Assembly (NCBI RefSeq): GCF_006345805.1
Contig: NC_043013.1
Coordinates: 17,980,001-18,044,000 of the forward strand
Reading direction: 5' to 3'
Length of the DNA: 64,000 nt
Source: Octopus sinensis
Taxonomy: Eukaryota
A program made the position numbers and the translations under genes. Shown piece by piece: positions 22,712-36,800 of the stretch (positions within the stretch are counted from its first letter, which is position 1; every line of letters begins with the position of its first letter). A model generated the notes under the pieces. It was not told where the DNA came from. It saw only the letters and a program-made list of their open reading frames with translations, and made no database searches.

Positions 22712-23760
22712 AGGGTTGGCTGAAACATTCATAAGCTGACCAAGATACTCCCATGGAATGTGATTAATTGAGGTTAATTTTCTACGTAGTTCTCCTTGCA
22801 GTCCACACACTTCTTCCATTAGTATTGCAGTGCTTGGGTCTCTTTGGTGAAGCTTTCATCCTGTTGGTCAAAAAAGTCATTAAAAGCAGACATGACATCA
22901 TCATCATCATCATTGCATTACTGATTTTCAGCCAAGTGTTTTTTCATGTTGGAGAACAGCTGAGAATGTCAGGTGGAGCCAAATCAGGAGAATAGAGAGG
23001 GTGATCAGCCAGTTCAAAATCACAGTTATGCACAGCAGCTGTTGAAGCCAAGACTGAACTGGAGTATTGTTATAATGAAATAACCCGTTTTGCTAGTTTT
23101 TCTGGGCATTTGGTCTTGATAGCCTTTCTTAATTGCCTTAGCAAGTTGTCATAATACTCTCCATTGATGCTGTGGCCTTTTGAAGATGGTTAATAAACAC
23201 AATGTCTTTTGCATCTCAAAAGAACTGAGGCTATCACCTTCTCTGCAGATGATATGACCGTAACAACCTTCTTTGGAGCAGGTCAGGAGGGGTGTTTCCA
23301 CTGAATGAATTATCTCCTTGTCTATGGCTTAAAGTGATGAAGCCAACAATCATCCTGGCTTTGAAAATGTTCAAGGAAACCAGCTGGATCTGCCTCAAAC
23401 AATGTCAGATTTTCCTGTCATGTCATCAGTATGGTGCACTTTTGATCATGGGTCAGAAAATGTGGCACCCACTGAGCAGAAACCTTCATCATACCAAGTT
23501 CATTGTGCTGAATATTCTCAACACTCACAGTATATGCTTATAGCATTGGCTATTTGATTTATAGTTAATCACCTGTCATCTATTACCATGTGGTGGCAGT
23601 TGCAGGATGTTCAAACTTTGGGTCATCTTCAAGACTCTCCATTCTCCTAAATTCAGCTGCCCACTTTTAGCACTATTTATAAAGCTGGCATGTCATCCTC
23701 TAATGTAGCAACCATGTCAGCATAAATGTCATTGAGGCTAAACTCTTTTTCTGCAGGTAC
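22712..23760 (-). mobile_element. Mariner transposon fossil
   Basis: The - strand reads GEYYDNLLRQLRKAIKTKCPEKLAK...FELADHPLYSPDLAPPD with stops and frameshifts; TIR-like CAGGGTTGGCTGAAACATTCATAAGCTGACCAAGATAC at ~22712. Right boundary approximate. Confidence 0.8.
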
Positions 23761-24297
23761 ACACATACACATGCCATGGAATGGTACAACTACACTTGAA
23801 TCTTTATTTCTAAGAAATAGTAATTGTACTTTTTGAACAACATTAAATTCCAGAGTGAGTCACACAAACAGCAATGATTTCTTGAATTATTTAATAAAAT
23901 AACAATAAAAAACAAAAATAGATATACAAAGGTATAAATTAAATCAAGATTACAAATAATTAAAAACAAAAGATACAATAGCATCATTAAGCAGTTAGTA
24001 AAGTCAAGTGTCTTACAAACATTTTGTAACATGTTAGTTGTTATTAGGAGTTAATGAATCACAATGGGTGTAACTTATGTGCTCTTTTGACCAGTTAGAA
24101 TTATCAGGTGAACTTCATCAAGTCATATCTTAAATGAAAGACAGATTACATTACTAGAGTGTTACCTATTATATGACAGATAACTTTGGAAGTGCTGCTA
24201 AGGGTTATATCTGGAAATACGGTTTACATACAATAATTATAATTTAATAATTCATGGGGTGCAGGCTGAACAACAAGTAGCCAAACAATATTATTTA

Positions 24298-25660
24298 CAT
24301 GATGTCCCCAAAATGCATTGTTAATTGACTTAGAAACAAGATTAGCAGTTAAATGGATAAATGCATATAAATAAATGTTCAAACTGATGACCACCACTTT
24401 CCAAACACAGCAGATAACATGGACCAGCTTTATGAATCATTTCATTTGATACTATGAAACAGTGTCTTTCAATTTCCGCTTTCAACTCATCAACTGTTGA
24501 TGGTTTTGAGCCGTAGACCTTATTGAGATATCCAATAAAATGAAGTCCATTGGAGCGAGGTTTGGGCAATATGCAGGGCATTCAACACTACCTCTTTGCT
24601 CAATCCATATGTTCAAGTATGTTGCATTGAGGTAGGCCCTTACATCATGATGGTAGTGGGGAGGTGCCCCATCTTGGTGAAAGTAAATCTCTGTCACCAA
24701 ACAACTCTTCAACATGTAGAATGACAGATTCCTGCAGCAAGTTTAGGTAAACGTCATCAGAGACAGTTTTGTCAAAAAAGAATGGTTCTTGGATGCCCAA
24801 TGCTGATATCCCAAACCACACTAATCCCTAATAAGTTCAAATGGTATTTTTTAGTAACATGAATTTTCAGGAGCCCAGTGTCAGTTAATTGAGCTATTTC
24901 ACTTAAATCTGGCCTCATCGCTCCAAGCAATTTTGAATGGAAATTCTGCATCTTCACTGCATTTGCCCAGATACCTATTTCTTTACTACCCACAAGGGGC
25001 CAAACACAGAGAGGACAAACGGATTAAGATGATTATATTGACCCCAGTGCATAACTGGTACTTAATTTATCGACCCCGAAAGGATGAAAGGCAAAGTTGA
25101 CCTTGGCGGAATTTGAACTCAGAATGTAACAGCAGACAAAATACGGCTATGCATTTCGCCCGGCGTGCTAACGTTTCTGCCAGATCGTCGCCCTGCATTT
25201 GCCAAGATACCACTCACAAACTCTCCAGTCTGGATTATTGTTGGAATGTAACATTTTCAACAAACTTGCTTCAAAATGTGATGGGCTTTTGATTTTAAGA
25301 TTTCTCTCTCACAAACCATTTGTCTTAAAGATTTCTGTGGGGATCAACAGAGGGTTTCCAGCAATTGTTTTTCCTTTACAGGGCTGGCTGACCATGGTCT
25401 TTCTGAACGCTCCTTATGGATGTCATGCACAGTTCCATCCCCTCGGATGTGAGCAATGGCACATTCCACTGGTGAATCTTTGTGAAAATGTCTTCTAAGT
25501 AATCTTTGACTTTCATGATGTCTTCATGCTTTCAGTTGCACTTTATGGTAAATTCTCTTCAAAACTTAATTGTACTTTTGCTGTTATCAGGGTTAATTTG
25601 ATCTGAAAAGAAATGAAAAATTCACTAGGTTATTATGAGTGTATGTTTAGGGACATCCTG
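24298..25660 (-). mobile_element. Tc1/mariner DD41D (rosa/VS-like) transposon fossil with SINE B insertion at ~24980-25190
   Basis: TA|CATGATGTCCC...GGGACATCCTG|TA termini; ORF 24482-24715 has FHQDGAPPH...PNLAPMD with 41 residues between the 2nd and 3rd Asp. Confidence 0.8.
24980..25190 (-). mobile_element. tRNA-derived SINE family B
   Basis: Matches the family B consensus (CTGGCAGAAACGTTAGCACGCCGGGCGAAATGC...GAGTTCAAATTCCGCC...CCCCTTGTGGGTAGTAAAG). Confidence 0.85.
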
Positions 25661-26672
25661 TATATATCCATTCTTGCAGAATTCAAACTCAGATAATCTA
25701 CTAGAATGTTTGGATTCTCTCTGTTATAATTGATTTGGCAGACATCAGCATGCATCAACAATTAATTCTTTGCTGATTTCTATAAACAAGAGTTTGAACT
25801 TTTCTTAGATTCATTGGTTGGTGACAGAGTAGACATACAACAAGGTTGAAACGCCATGGGGCTTCAAAGTACTCCTTACACCAGAGAAATGTTTGTGCTA
25901 TGAACACAAATTGTCTAAAGGGAGGAGGAATTGTCTGATGATGAAAAAATCAGCAGAGATTAAGATATTCAAGTTTGAATAGATGCACTGTAATTTAACT
26001 TCTATCAAATTTCTTGGTGCTTTTACAAAATGATGAAATAAATGTTAATTTTCAAAAGAAAAATATATATTACCTTGAAATAAAAGTAAATTAAACAAAA
26101 TTTCTCACTTATATAACTCCTCCTACAACTATTACCTCCTCCTCCTCCTCCTCTGATTCTTTCCCTCTTACTGTGTAGGTAATTACTTTTCTTTTACTTA
26201 TTGTGAGCTATTGAAGGTATGTGGCTGAGAGTCTTTAGTTCACAGCCACATGCTGTGTCCTTGAGCAAGATACTTTATTTCAGGTTGCTCCAGTCCACTC
26301 AGTAGGCAAAAATGAGTTGCACCTGTAATTCTAAGGGCCAGCCTTATTCCATTCTGTGTCACACTGAATCCCCCCTGAGAGCACATTAAGTGTACATGTG
26401 TCTGTGAAGTGCTCAGTCACTCACCTATTAACTTTATGAGCAAGCTGTTCCATTGATTAGGTCAACTAGAACACTCATCATCATAACCAACAGAGTGCCA
26501 GTATTTTCTTTTATTCATTGCTGCTGCTAAGTCTAGAACATGTACTCATCCTACACCTCTCATGTCAACTCTCTGTATCTCTATTTTACTCTCTCTGTCC
26601 CTCTATGCAGTCTTAAGTCTGACTGGAGAAATCAACCAACCAACATTTTATATCAGTTACTATTATATATGT

Positions 26673-26940
26673 GGAGTCACGTGGCTTAGTGGTTAGGGTG
26701 TCAGCATCATGATCGTAAGATTGTGGTTTCCATTCCTGGACTGGGCGACGCGTTGTGTTCTTGAGCAAAACACTTCATTTCACGTTGCTCCAGTCCACTC
26801 AGCTGGCAAAAATGAGTAACGCTGTGATGAACTGGCGTTCCGTCCAGCTGGGGAACACATACGCCATTGAAACCAGAAAACCGGGCCCATGAGCCTGGCT
26901 AGGCTTTAAAAGGGCGCATTTATTTATTTTTTTAATTATT
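26673..26940 (+). mobile_element. tRNA-derived SINE family C; older copies at ~7170-7330 and ~26215-26510
   Basis: A box TGGCTTAGTGG, B-box-like GGTTTCCATTCC, body TTGAGCAAAACACTTCATTTCACGTTGCTCCAGTCCACTCAGCTGGCAAAAATGAGTA, (ATTT)n tail. Confidence 0.75.
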
Positions 26941-27395
26941 ATTATATAGAGATATAGTTCCAGATACTAACTGTGATGGGATGGTCATGGTTGCAATGCC
27001 TTTGATCACAGATGTGCTGGATCAAGACTGACTCAGTGTATAAACTATAACAACAAACCAAGAAAGCCTTCAGGCATTCACTTGATCTGTTAGAAGCAGC
27101 AACAAAATCTCCCTCAATTCACACTCTTTGTAAGAGACATTAGGTTCACGTGTTGCTGGATTCTCTGCATACAGGACAAAACTAGGAAGGCCATGACATG
27201 TTTGAGCATTCCTGCTCAATCAGGTATGGCCTGGGTCAAAACAACAGCATTGTGTATGAGGGTCAAAACAACAACAGCAACAACAACAGCATTGTGTATG
27301 AAGTGTTTGGGCATGTTGTTATTGTTGAACCCTAAGTAAGCTGTGATGAAGTAAGTAAATCTACGACCAAAGCTATGCCAGTCATGTTATATAAT

Positions 27396-27453
27396 AATAG
27401 TAATAATAATAATAATAGTAATAATAATAATAATGATAATAGTAATAATAATA

Positions 27454-27502
<49 letters not shown>
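27396..27502 (+). repeat. (AAT)n microsatellite
   Basis: Direct reading. Confidence 0.95.
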
Positions 27503-27507
<5 letters not shown>

Positions 27508-27992
27508 GGGCAAGTATCCTCTACTATAGCCCTGGACTGACCAAAGTGGAATTTGTTGATAGAAACTGAAAGAAACCTATTGTGTGTATATGTGTGTGTA
27601 TTATTGCGTCTGTGTTTGCCCCAATGAGCACTTGACAGCCAGATTTTTCTGTGTTTTCTTCCCCATGACTTAACGATTTGGAAAATGAGACTAATAGATT
27701 AAGTACCAGGCTTAAAAAAAAAAAAGATCAGGGGTTGATTCATTCAACTAAAATTTTTCAAGGCGGTGTCCCAGCAGAGCTGCAGTCTAATGACTGAAAC
27801 AAGTAAAAGATAAAAGAATATATGAATGTGTATGTGTGTGTGTGTGTGCACGTTGTGTTTATATTTGTTCTCCTACTGCTTGACAATGGGTGTAGGTTGG
27901 TTTATGTTCCGTAATTAAGCGGTTCAGGGAGATTGATAGAATAAGTAGTATGGATCAGGCTTAACTTCACTCAAATCCAGATCCTCTCACTT

Positions 27993-28385
27993 TTTTTACT
28001 CTTTTACTTGTGTCAGTCATGTGACTGTGGACATGCTGGAGCACTGCCTTTAGTCGAGCAAATCGACCCCAAGACTTATTCTTTGTAAGCCTAATACTTA
28101 TTCTATCGGTCTCTTTTTCCAAACCGCTAATGTTATGGGGGACGTAAACACACCAGCATCGGTTGTCAAGTGATGTTGGGGGGGGGGGACAAACACAGAC
28201 ACAAACTTATACACACACACACATATATATATATATACATATATACGACGAGCTTCTTTCAGTTTCTCTCAACCAAATCCACTCACAAGGCTATAGTAGA
28301 AGACACTAGCCCAAGGTGCTACGCAGTGGGACTGAACCCGGAACCATGTGGTTCGAAGCAAGCTACTTACCCCACAGCCACTCCT
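27993..28385 (-). mobile_element. SINE family A
   Basis: Tail TTTTACTCTTTTACTTG through head ...CACAGCCACTCC; internal deletion relative to 31096-31560. Confidence 0.85.
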
Positions 28386-29054
28386 TACAAACAAGGTCTT
28401 GTGTTTTTTAAAAAATTTTTTTTTGTTCTTTGTTCATTGTGAAAAAAACCTAACTCCGAGCTACTTTCTATAGATTACTTTTTATTCCCTATTTTCTAAA
28501 CCTGAGAAAAGTAGGGGCGCAAATTTTCATTTTGCACTCAACAAAAATTTTAAGAGTTGCGCTTGGCACTCCCTGTATCCTCACTTCCTGAGCCCAAGAC
28601 CATCCCGTGTATCGAGGACCGACAGTAATGTGTTCTCTTGGGGAACATATTAGATAATGTAGAATATGATTTAAGAGAAATTTGGCTGCTGTGTCTAGCA
28701 AGCAGAGTGACCACTCAAAGGCTCCAGATGAATTGCTATCATACTGTACTGAAGTAAGAAAATAAAAAATTGAATTTTTGTTGACGACATTATGATATAT
28801 TAAATCTAATTTTCTTTACTTTCCACAGAAAGATTTATAGGAAAACAAATATTCTCGAAATAATCTATATTTTCACAATAAATGTAATTTCAGCCATCGT
28901 TTTCTGTAATCTTAATAGCATTTTCACTATGCTGTCTTCAAATATATATCGATGTATACTAGTTATGAGTATTAATGGTTTGCATCGAAGTCAGTGCTTC
29001 GTTGATACTTTATTTTATTGCAAAGAAAGGTTAAGTTGACACCGGCAGGATTTG

Positions 29055-29102
<48 letters not shown>

Positions 29103-29159
29103 CGGAGATGTACTCGCATAGCAAGTAATTTGATCTGAGATCGTGTGCTGAAACGAAAA

Positions 29160-29257
29160 CAATTGCAGCGTGGAAGGTGTTTATAAGCCATTTAAGAAAC
29201 ACACAAAAGCCGGCTTTTGTGTTTCTTAAATGGCTTATAAACACCTTCCGCGCTGCA

Positions 29258-29261
<4 letters not shown>
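29160..29261. repeat. ~50-bp-arm palindrome centred on GCC|GGC, between (TA)n tracts
   Basis: CAATTGCAGCGTGGAAGGTGTTTATAAGCCATTTAAGAAACACACAAAAGCC is mirrored with one substitution and a 2-nt indel. Confidence 0.9.
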
Positions 29262-29317
<56 letters not shown>

Positions 29318-29401
29318 GTAGTAAACACATAAATGTGAAACAAGGTGGAAAAAAGAGTACTAAAAAAAAGAGTACTCAAATACCAGTGGTAGAGTAATAT
29401 G

Positions 29402-30056
<655 letters not shown>

Positions 30057-30141
30057 AAATATTGAATTTCTAAATCTCTCGTAGAGACATGTACGGTGGT
30101 GGGGCGATAGAATGGTATACTGTCAATCTAACAAGAACGTG

Positions 30142-30226
<85 letters not shown>

Positions 30227-30280
30227 ATACGTACACATAGGCTTATATATAGATTCATATGTTGATATATTGTCACATTA

Positions 30281-30660
30281 AGGCGGCGAGCTGGCAAAAA
30301 CGCTAGCACGCCGGGCGAAATGCCTAGCGGTATTTCGTCTGCCGTTACGTTCTGAGTTCAAATTCCGCCGAGGTCGACTTTGCCTTTCATCCTTTCGGGG
30401 TCGATTAAATAAGTACCAGTTACGCACTGGGGTCGATATAATCGACTTAATCTGTTTGTCTGTCCTTGTTTGTCCACCCTGTGTTTGGCCCCTTGTAGGT
30501 AGTAAAGAAATAGGTATTTCGTCTGTCTTTATGTTCTGAGTTCAAATTCCACCGAGGTCGACTTTGCCGTTCATCCTTTCGGAGGTCGATAAAATAAGTA
30601 CCTGCTGCGTATTAGGGTCAATCTAATCGACTGGCCTCCTCCTCCAAAATTTCGAACCTT
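30281..30660 (+). mobile_element. SINE family B, full copy plus tandem partial copy with poly(A)
   Basis: AAGGCGGCGAGCTGGCAAAAACGCTAGCACGCCGGGCG head, GAGTTCAAATTCC B box; second body from ~30513. Confidence 0.9.
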
Positions 30661-31095
30661 GGAAAAAAAAAAAAAAAAAAGAAGGATTTATTGTCACATT
30701 TATATTTGTTCACAATAATAATAACGAGCTTATTGTTTACAGGTCATAGGTGCAGCATAAGTAGTGGGAAAAGAGCAAACAAAGAGGGAAAGCAGATATA
30801 TAAGTCATATAAAGGAACAACAATGAAAACCAAAAAGTGTATGCATTGTTAATTCCCAGAATAAAACACAAAACGACATAAAAATTTATACAAACACGTA
30901 AAGGCTATATTTCCACAGGGGCACTTTACACTTGTTATGCAGCCCAGAGCGACAATTAACGTCGCTGCACTAGCTTACATAATAATAAATCTGCATAAAA
31001 ACACAGAAATCCCGGGTTCTCCAAAATGAACGGAGCAAACTGTTTCACATTTTCCAAACAGAGACGATTTGGGGATGCAGTAAACATAAAAAAAA

Positions 31096-31334
31096 ACTCT
31101 TTTACTCTTTTACTTGTTTCAGTCATGTGACTGTGGCCATGCTGGAGCACCGCCTTTTAGTCGAGCAAATCGACCCCAGGACTTATTCTTTGTAAGCCTA
31201 GTACTTATTCTATCGATCTCTTTTGCCGAACCGTTAAGTTACGGGGACGTAAACACACCAGCATCGGTTGTCAAGCGATGTTGGGGTGTGTGTGTGACAA
31301 ACACAGACATACACACACACACACACACACACAC

Positions 31335-31398
<64 letters not shown>

Positions 31399-31560
31399 GA
31401 CGGGCTTCTTTCAGTTTCCGTCTATCAAATCCACTCACAAGGCTTTGGTCGGCCCGAAGCTATAGTAGAAGACACTTGCCCAAGGTGCCACGCAGTGGGA
31501 CTGAACCTGGAACCATGTGGTTCGTAAGCAAGCTACTTACCACACAGCCACTCCTACGCC
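31096..31560 (-). mobile_element. SINE family A, near full length with internal (CA)n(TA)n
   Basis: On -: GGCGTAGGAGTGGCTGTGTGGTAAG (A box), GGTTCAGTCCC (B box), tail GGCGGTGCTCCAGCATGGCCACAGTCACATGACTGAAACAAGTAAAAGAGTAAAA. Confidence 0.9.
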
Positions 31561-31987
31561 TATTTGTAAAACATTCCAGGGAATCTCCATTTGAGGTTCC
31601 TGCATTCAATACACGCACACAATCACATATAGATATAGATATATACAAACACACACACACTTGTGTACTAAACTGACACACACTACCTGCTACTCAACTG
31701 CAAGTTCATTGACACACAAATGCAAAGTCGCATGTACTCACACACTTATGTGCACATACGCACACCCACACACACACCTTCAACACATACACGCCACATA
31801 CATATGCGCACACCAACAAATTCCAATAACCACAAATCCCGAGAGCTGTCTTGATTTAAAAGAACCTTGTCACTTTGTGTCCGGCTTGCAAAGGTAAAAA
31901 GTTAGATAATTTCAAAGAAAAACATATATATACACACATGTTTACATACACACATGCACATACAAACACACATACATATATACACAT

Positions 31988-32257
<270 letters not shown>

Positions 32258-32325
32258 TTTAGGGAATTTTATTCCCTAGTAATACTAGGAGGTTAACATA
32301 TACTCCAATTAAATATATATATATA

Positions 32326-32530
32326 GTTGTGTCTGGGGAGAGTCATTTTCTTTTTGTGCCTTATAATGTAACACACTCACCGGTAAAATTTCCACTTTTT
32401 TCTTATTTTTATTTTCCTAAAATAACGAAAATTTTAGGAAAATAAAAATAAGAAAAAAAGTGGAAATTTTTACTGGTGAGTGTGTTACATTATAAGACAC
32501 AAAAAGAAAATGACTCTCCCCAGACACAAC
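32326..32530. repeat. ~98-bp-arm inverted repeat with 7-nt loop next to (TA)n
   Basis: GTTGTGTCTGGGGAGAGTCATTTTC...CCTAAAAT|AACGAAA|ATTTTAGG...GACTCTCCCAGACACAAC with a few mismatches or indels. Confidence 0.9.
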
Positions 32531-32809
32531 AGAATATGCTTCAACACACGAACTCATACAAAGAATCTTGCAAACCAAATCCCAAAACAAAATATGTAGT
32601 TGGAATTTACAAAAAAAAAAAAAAAAAAGATGAAGACGGGTGTGTAAACAATAAACAGATGTATTAGGTTAACGCTCGGGAAGTGAGAAAGTCTTTTACG
32701 TTTTGAGCCTAGACTCTTCATCTGAAATGAACACAGAAATAAGCAGAGAGAGAAAATAAATATGTACACACACACACACACACACTACATACATACACAT
32801 AAATATAAT

Positions 32810-32844
<35 letters not shown>

Positions 32845-33484
32845 ATGCATGTACGTGTGTATCTGTGCATGTATGTACGTATATATATATTTAATTAGAA
32901 CATATGTTAACCTCATAATGGTTCAATACCTAGTATTATTGGGGAATAAAATTCCCTTAAAACACACACACACACACATATATATATATACGACGGGCTT
33001 CTTTCAGTTTCCTTCTACCAAATCCACTCACAAGATTTTGGTTGGCCCGAGGCTATAGCGGAAGACACTTGCCCAGGGTGCCACGCAGTGGGACTGAACC
33101 CGGAACCATGTGGTTGGTAAGCAAGCTACTTACCACACAGCCACTCCTGCATATTTTCATAATGACTAAGAACAATAAATATAAATTGGAAGGACTCAAT
33201 ACATAATATAGTGTGAAGTATTTATATTGTTTATATCTATACAGTGTGAAGTATATATATTTATATATACGGAGTGTGAAGTATTTTATATTGTTTATAT
33301 TTATATAGTGTGAAGTATTTATACAATGGGTTGACTGATTTCGAAGAGAGACAAAGAGAGAGAGAGAGAATATCCTTTATCTTTTTCTTATTAATCATTA
33401 GACTACGAGTATGTTGAGGTACCTCCTTGAATTTTAGTCGAACGAATCGACCCTATTATTTTGTTTTAAAGCCTTGATACTCTC

Positions 33485-33886
33485 TTTACTCTCTTTTGCT
33501 TGTTTCAGTCATTTGACTGCGGCCATGCTGGAGCAACGCCTTTAATCGAGCAACTCGACCCCGGGACTTATTCTTTTGTAAGCCCAGTACTTATTCTATC
33601 GGTCTCTTTTGCCGAACCGCTAAGTAACGGGGACATAAACACACCAGCATCGGTTGTCAAGCAATGCTAGGGGGACAAACACAGACACACAAACACAGAC
33701 ACATATATATATATACATATATACGACGGGCTTCTTTCAGTTTCCGTCTACCAAATCCACTCTCAAGGCTTTGGTCGGCCCGAGGCTATAGTAGAAGACA
33801 CTTGCCCAAGGTGCCATGCAGTGGGACTGAACCCGGAACCATGTGGTTGGTTAGCAAGCTACTTACCACACAGCCACTCCTGCACC
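33485..33886 (-). mobile_element. SINE family A, near full length
   Basis: Same consensus as 31096-31560. Confidence 0.9.
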
Positions 33887-36800
33887 TATACTTATATTCT
33901 ATCGTTTTCTTTTGCTGAACTGCTCAGCCACGGGGGTGGTGGGATGGGAAGATAACACACACACACACACACACACATCATATATATATATATATGATGG
34001 GCTTCTTTCAGTTTCCGTGTACCAAATCCACTCACAATACTTTTGGTCTGCCCGAGGCTATAATAGGAGACACTTATCCAAGGTGCCACGCAGTGGGACT
34101 GATCCTGGAACCATGTAGTTGGAAAGCTAACTTCTTATCACATAAACATATATTTGATAAGTATTACTCACGGAATATCTGACCCTTGAGTCACTTATAT
34201 AGTGTTATATCTAAAAGAACAGGAAAAACACACATACATACACACATACATACATACATACACATATACATACATACATACACATATACATACGTAAATA
34301 CATACATACACACATACAGACATACATACACACATACATACATACATACATATATACATACACACACATACATACAACCAAACGGAGAAAAAAAAACACA
34401 CACACACACAAACGGAGAGAGAGAGGAAAATAAAGAGAAGGGAAAAATTGAGAGAAAGAAAGACTCACGTACAAGAGAGGGAAAGATAAGAGGAATACAA
34501 GGACGTGAGAGAGAGAGAGAGAGAGAAATAGTTAAGTACAAGAGAGAGGAAGGGAGAGAGAGAGAGAGAAATAGTTAAGTACAAAAGAGAGTGAGGGAGG
34601 GAGAGAGAGAAGATTTGTGAAAGCTTTGTTGATCAGCTGCAGTAATGAAATAAACAAGAGGAGCACTTTAGAAGCACATCAAACTGCAAAAGGTATTTAT
34701 TTGTAACGTATTAATCAATATAAAATAATATCTAATCAATATAATATATGATCGCTGACATCATGGTGCAAATTAAGAAAGTTCTCCGGTAATTTTGTTT
34801 CATGTAAATAAATGTTTATGTTAATTTATGAAATTTGCCAGCAATAATCTTAGACTATGTTCTAAAAGATGTACATGATTATATGTTATGTATGAAAATT
34901 AAAGTACAAATTATCGTAATTTGTATTGTAAATACATCTTTGCAGTCCTGTAGGATCAGGATTTAATATTGCCTTTAAATTATATTCCAGTCCTCATTCA
35001 ACAGACTTATATCTAAGGCATTCCAGCTGTAACAGTTCCGTCTTTTTTTTTCTTCATTCACGTAGGACCACGTCATCCAATGTCTCCTTTCTCTTTTCCT
35101 GTCTTTTTTTAAGATGCTGAATATTATTTGATAAAAATTGGCAAAGTTAGCTTGTGTGTAATCCATTCTATCATTCAAGCACTTAAACTACACAAACACA
35201 CCTCCAAATCAAATAAGGGGTCTCCGCCTGATCGCTTACTCTACTAGAAAAAAATACAAAAAGCAAATCTATCTCAGATGAAACTCGTCGTCTTTCACTT
35301 TCGACGATCTTTAAATATAATGTAGTTCTTCTACTTTTGAATACTTTCGCTACTTTCAATCAGATTTTGTTTTTCGAGTGCGAAATATGTTTTTCTTAAT
35401 GCTGTTCTGAGGCCACCTTGTTGGGTTTATCGAATAAATGCCTTAAGGGCCTTAAGATTTTGTTGTTGTTTAAGATGGGAGAATTATGTTTAGACTTCTT
35501 TTTAGTTCGTTTTTCTTCTACGGGTGTTTTTGCCGACTCCTAACTTTCAGTTTTCTAGGACCGCCACAATAACAACTGGATCACAAATCTAGACTGATAC
35601 TCTGTTTAGTCCGGGCAAAGCTCCCTCCAACAGAATACTTTCAGTTAAAGTGTAATGAATGATAGAGCCTTCTAAAGAGTTTCTTTCGACAAAACATTTT
35701 AATGGATTTCATTATTTATTTTTAATAAAGCTTTTTCGAAATAATGAAACCGATGAAATGTGTATTCTTATAATGAAAGCGTTGGTATAGTTACTCAGAG
35801 CATCGGGTCGTATTTAGTTGTGTTCTTCGTTCGGAGTACTAATTTCGTAGTGTCAACTTTACCTTTCATTTTTCTTGGATATATTAAATAATGAACTAAT
35901 CGAGTACTGATGTCGTTAAAATCATTAATTAATATTCCACTACCACCCAACTATAAAAAAAAAAGGGGGGTTAAAAAAAATCATACCTTGTGCCTATATA
36001 CGAATTTACTGTTATTATTATTATATTAAACTAAAATAATTAATCATTTAATTCTTTATTAAGGTTACTCTTTCTGAAAATTAAACTATAGCTTAAAATT
36101 ATAAACAATGTTTGAAAGAAAAAGGTGGCTGTAGTATTGGAGAAAGAATTGCTTGCCAAGGTACGAAATGCGGTGTTGATGACGACGATGATTATGGTAT
36201 TGTTGTTGGTAGCGTTATGTTGTAAACTGTTACCGTAACTTGACCGACCGCAAGAAAGGTTTCACCAGTCCACATAATACACTCTAACCGCAAACATGAA
36301 ATAAAATCCACCAAATATATAACCATTTCGTTTGCTGGCACGGACAAAAGTAGAAGGTGGTTTCATTTATGGGACCGCGGCCATGGGGAGGCACTCCTTT
36401 TAATTTTTTTGTTTTTCATTTTTCATCAATCGTATCGATAGCTGGTATTCATTTAAGTCTTGTACTTATTCTACAGGTCACTGTCTGTGGAAAATTCAAG
36501 CCACGGTACATTACATAAATGATAATACTGAATTTCCTTTAGACCGGTGCAAACAGAAACACCCACCCACACAATATTTAATGTCACAGACTCTATTCTC
36601 AAACATGCGGAGTACATGTTTCTTATTTATTTGCATGTGCCTTAGGGTTAGGGTTTACGATTACTAAACATTTTGTTTCGTTATGAATTTTGGAACATAT
36701 TAGTTTCAAATTTTGACAGAAGGCCAGCAATTTTAGGGGAGCGGTAAGCCGATTACATCGACCCCAGTGTTCTACTAGTATTTATTTTATCGATCCAAAA

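Noticed and set aside
28810-28900. Strong + strand acceptor TTTTCTTTACTTTCCACAG
   Set aside because: All frames close quickly and no partner donor or homology was recognised, so it cannot be called an exon.
31114-31676. Recurrent similar ORFs ([35 protein letters not shown]) suggesting a gene family
   Set aside because: They are translations of SINE family A copies.
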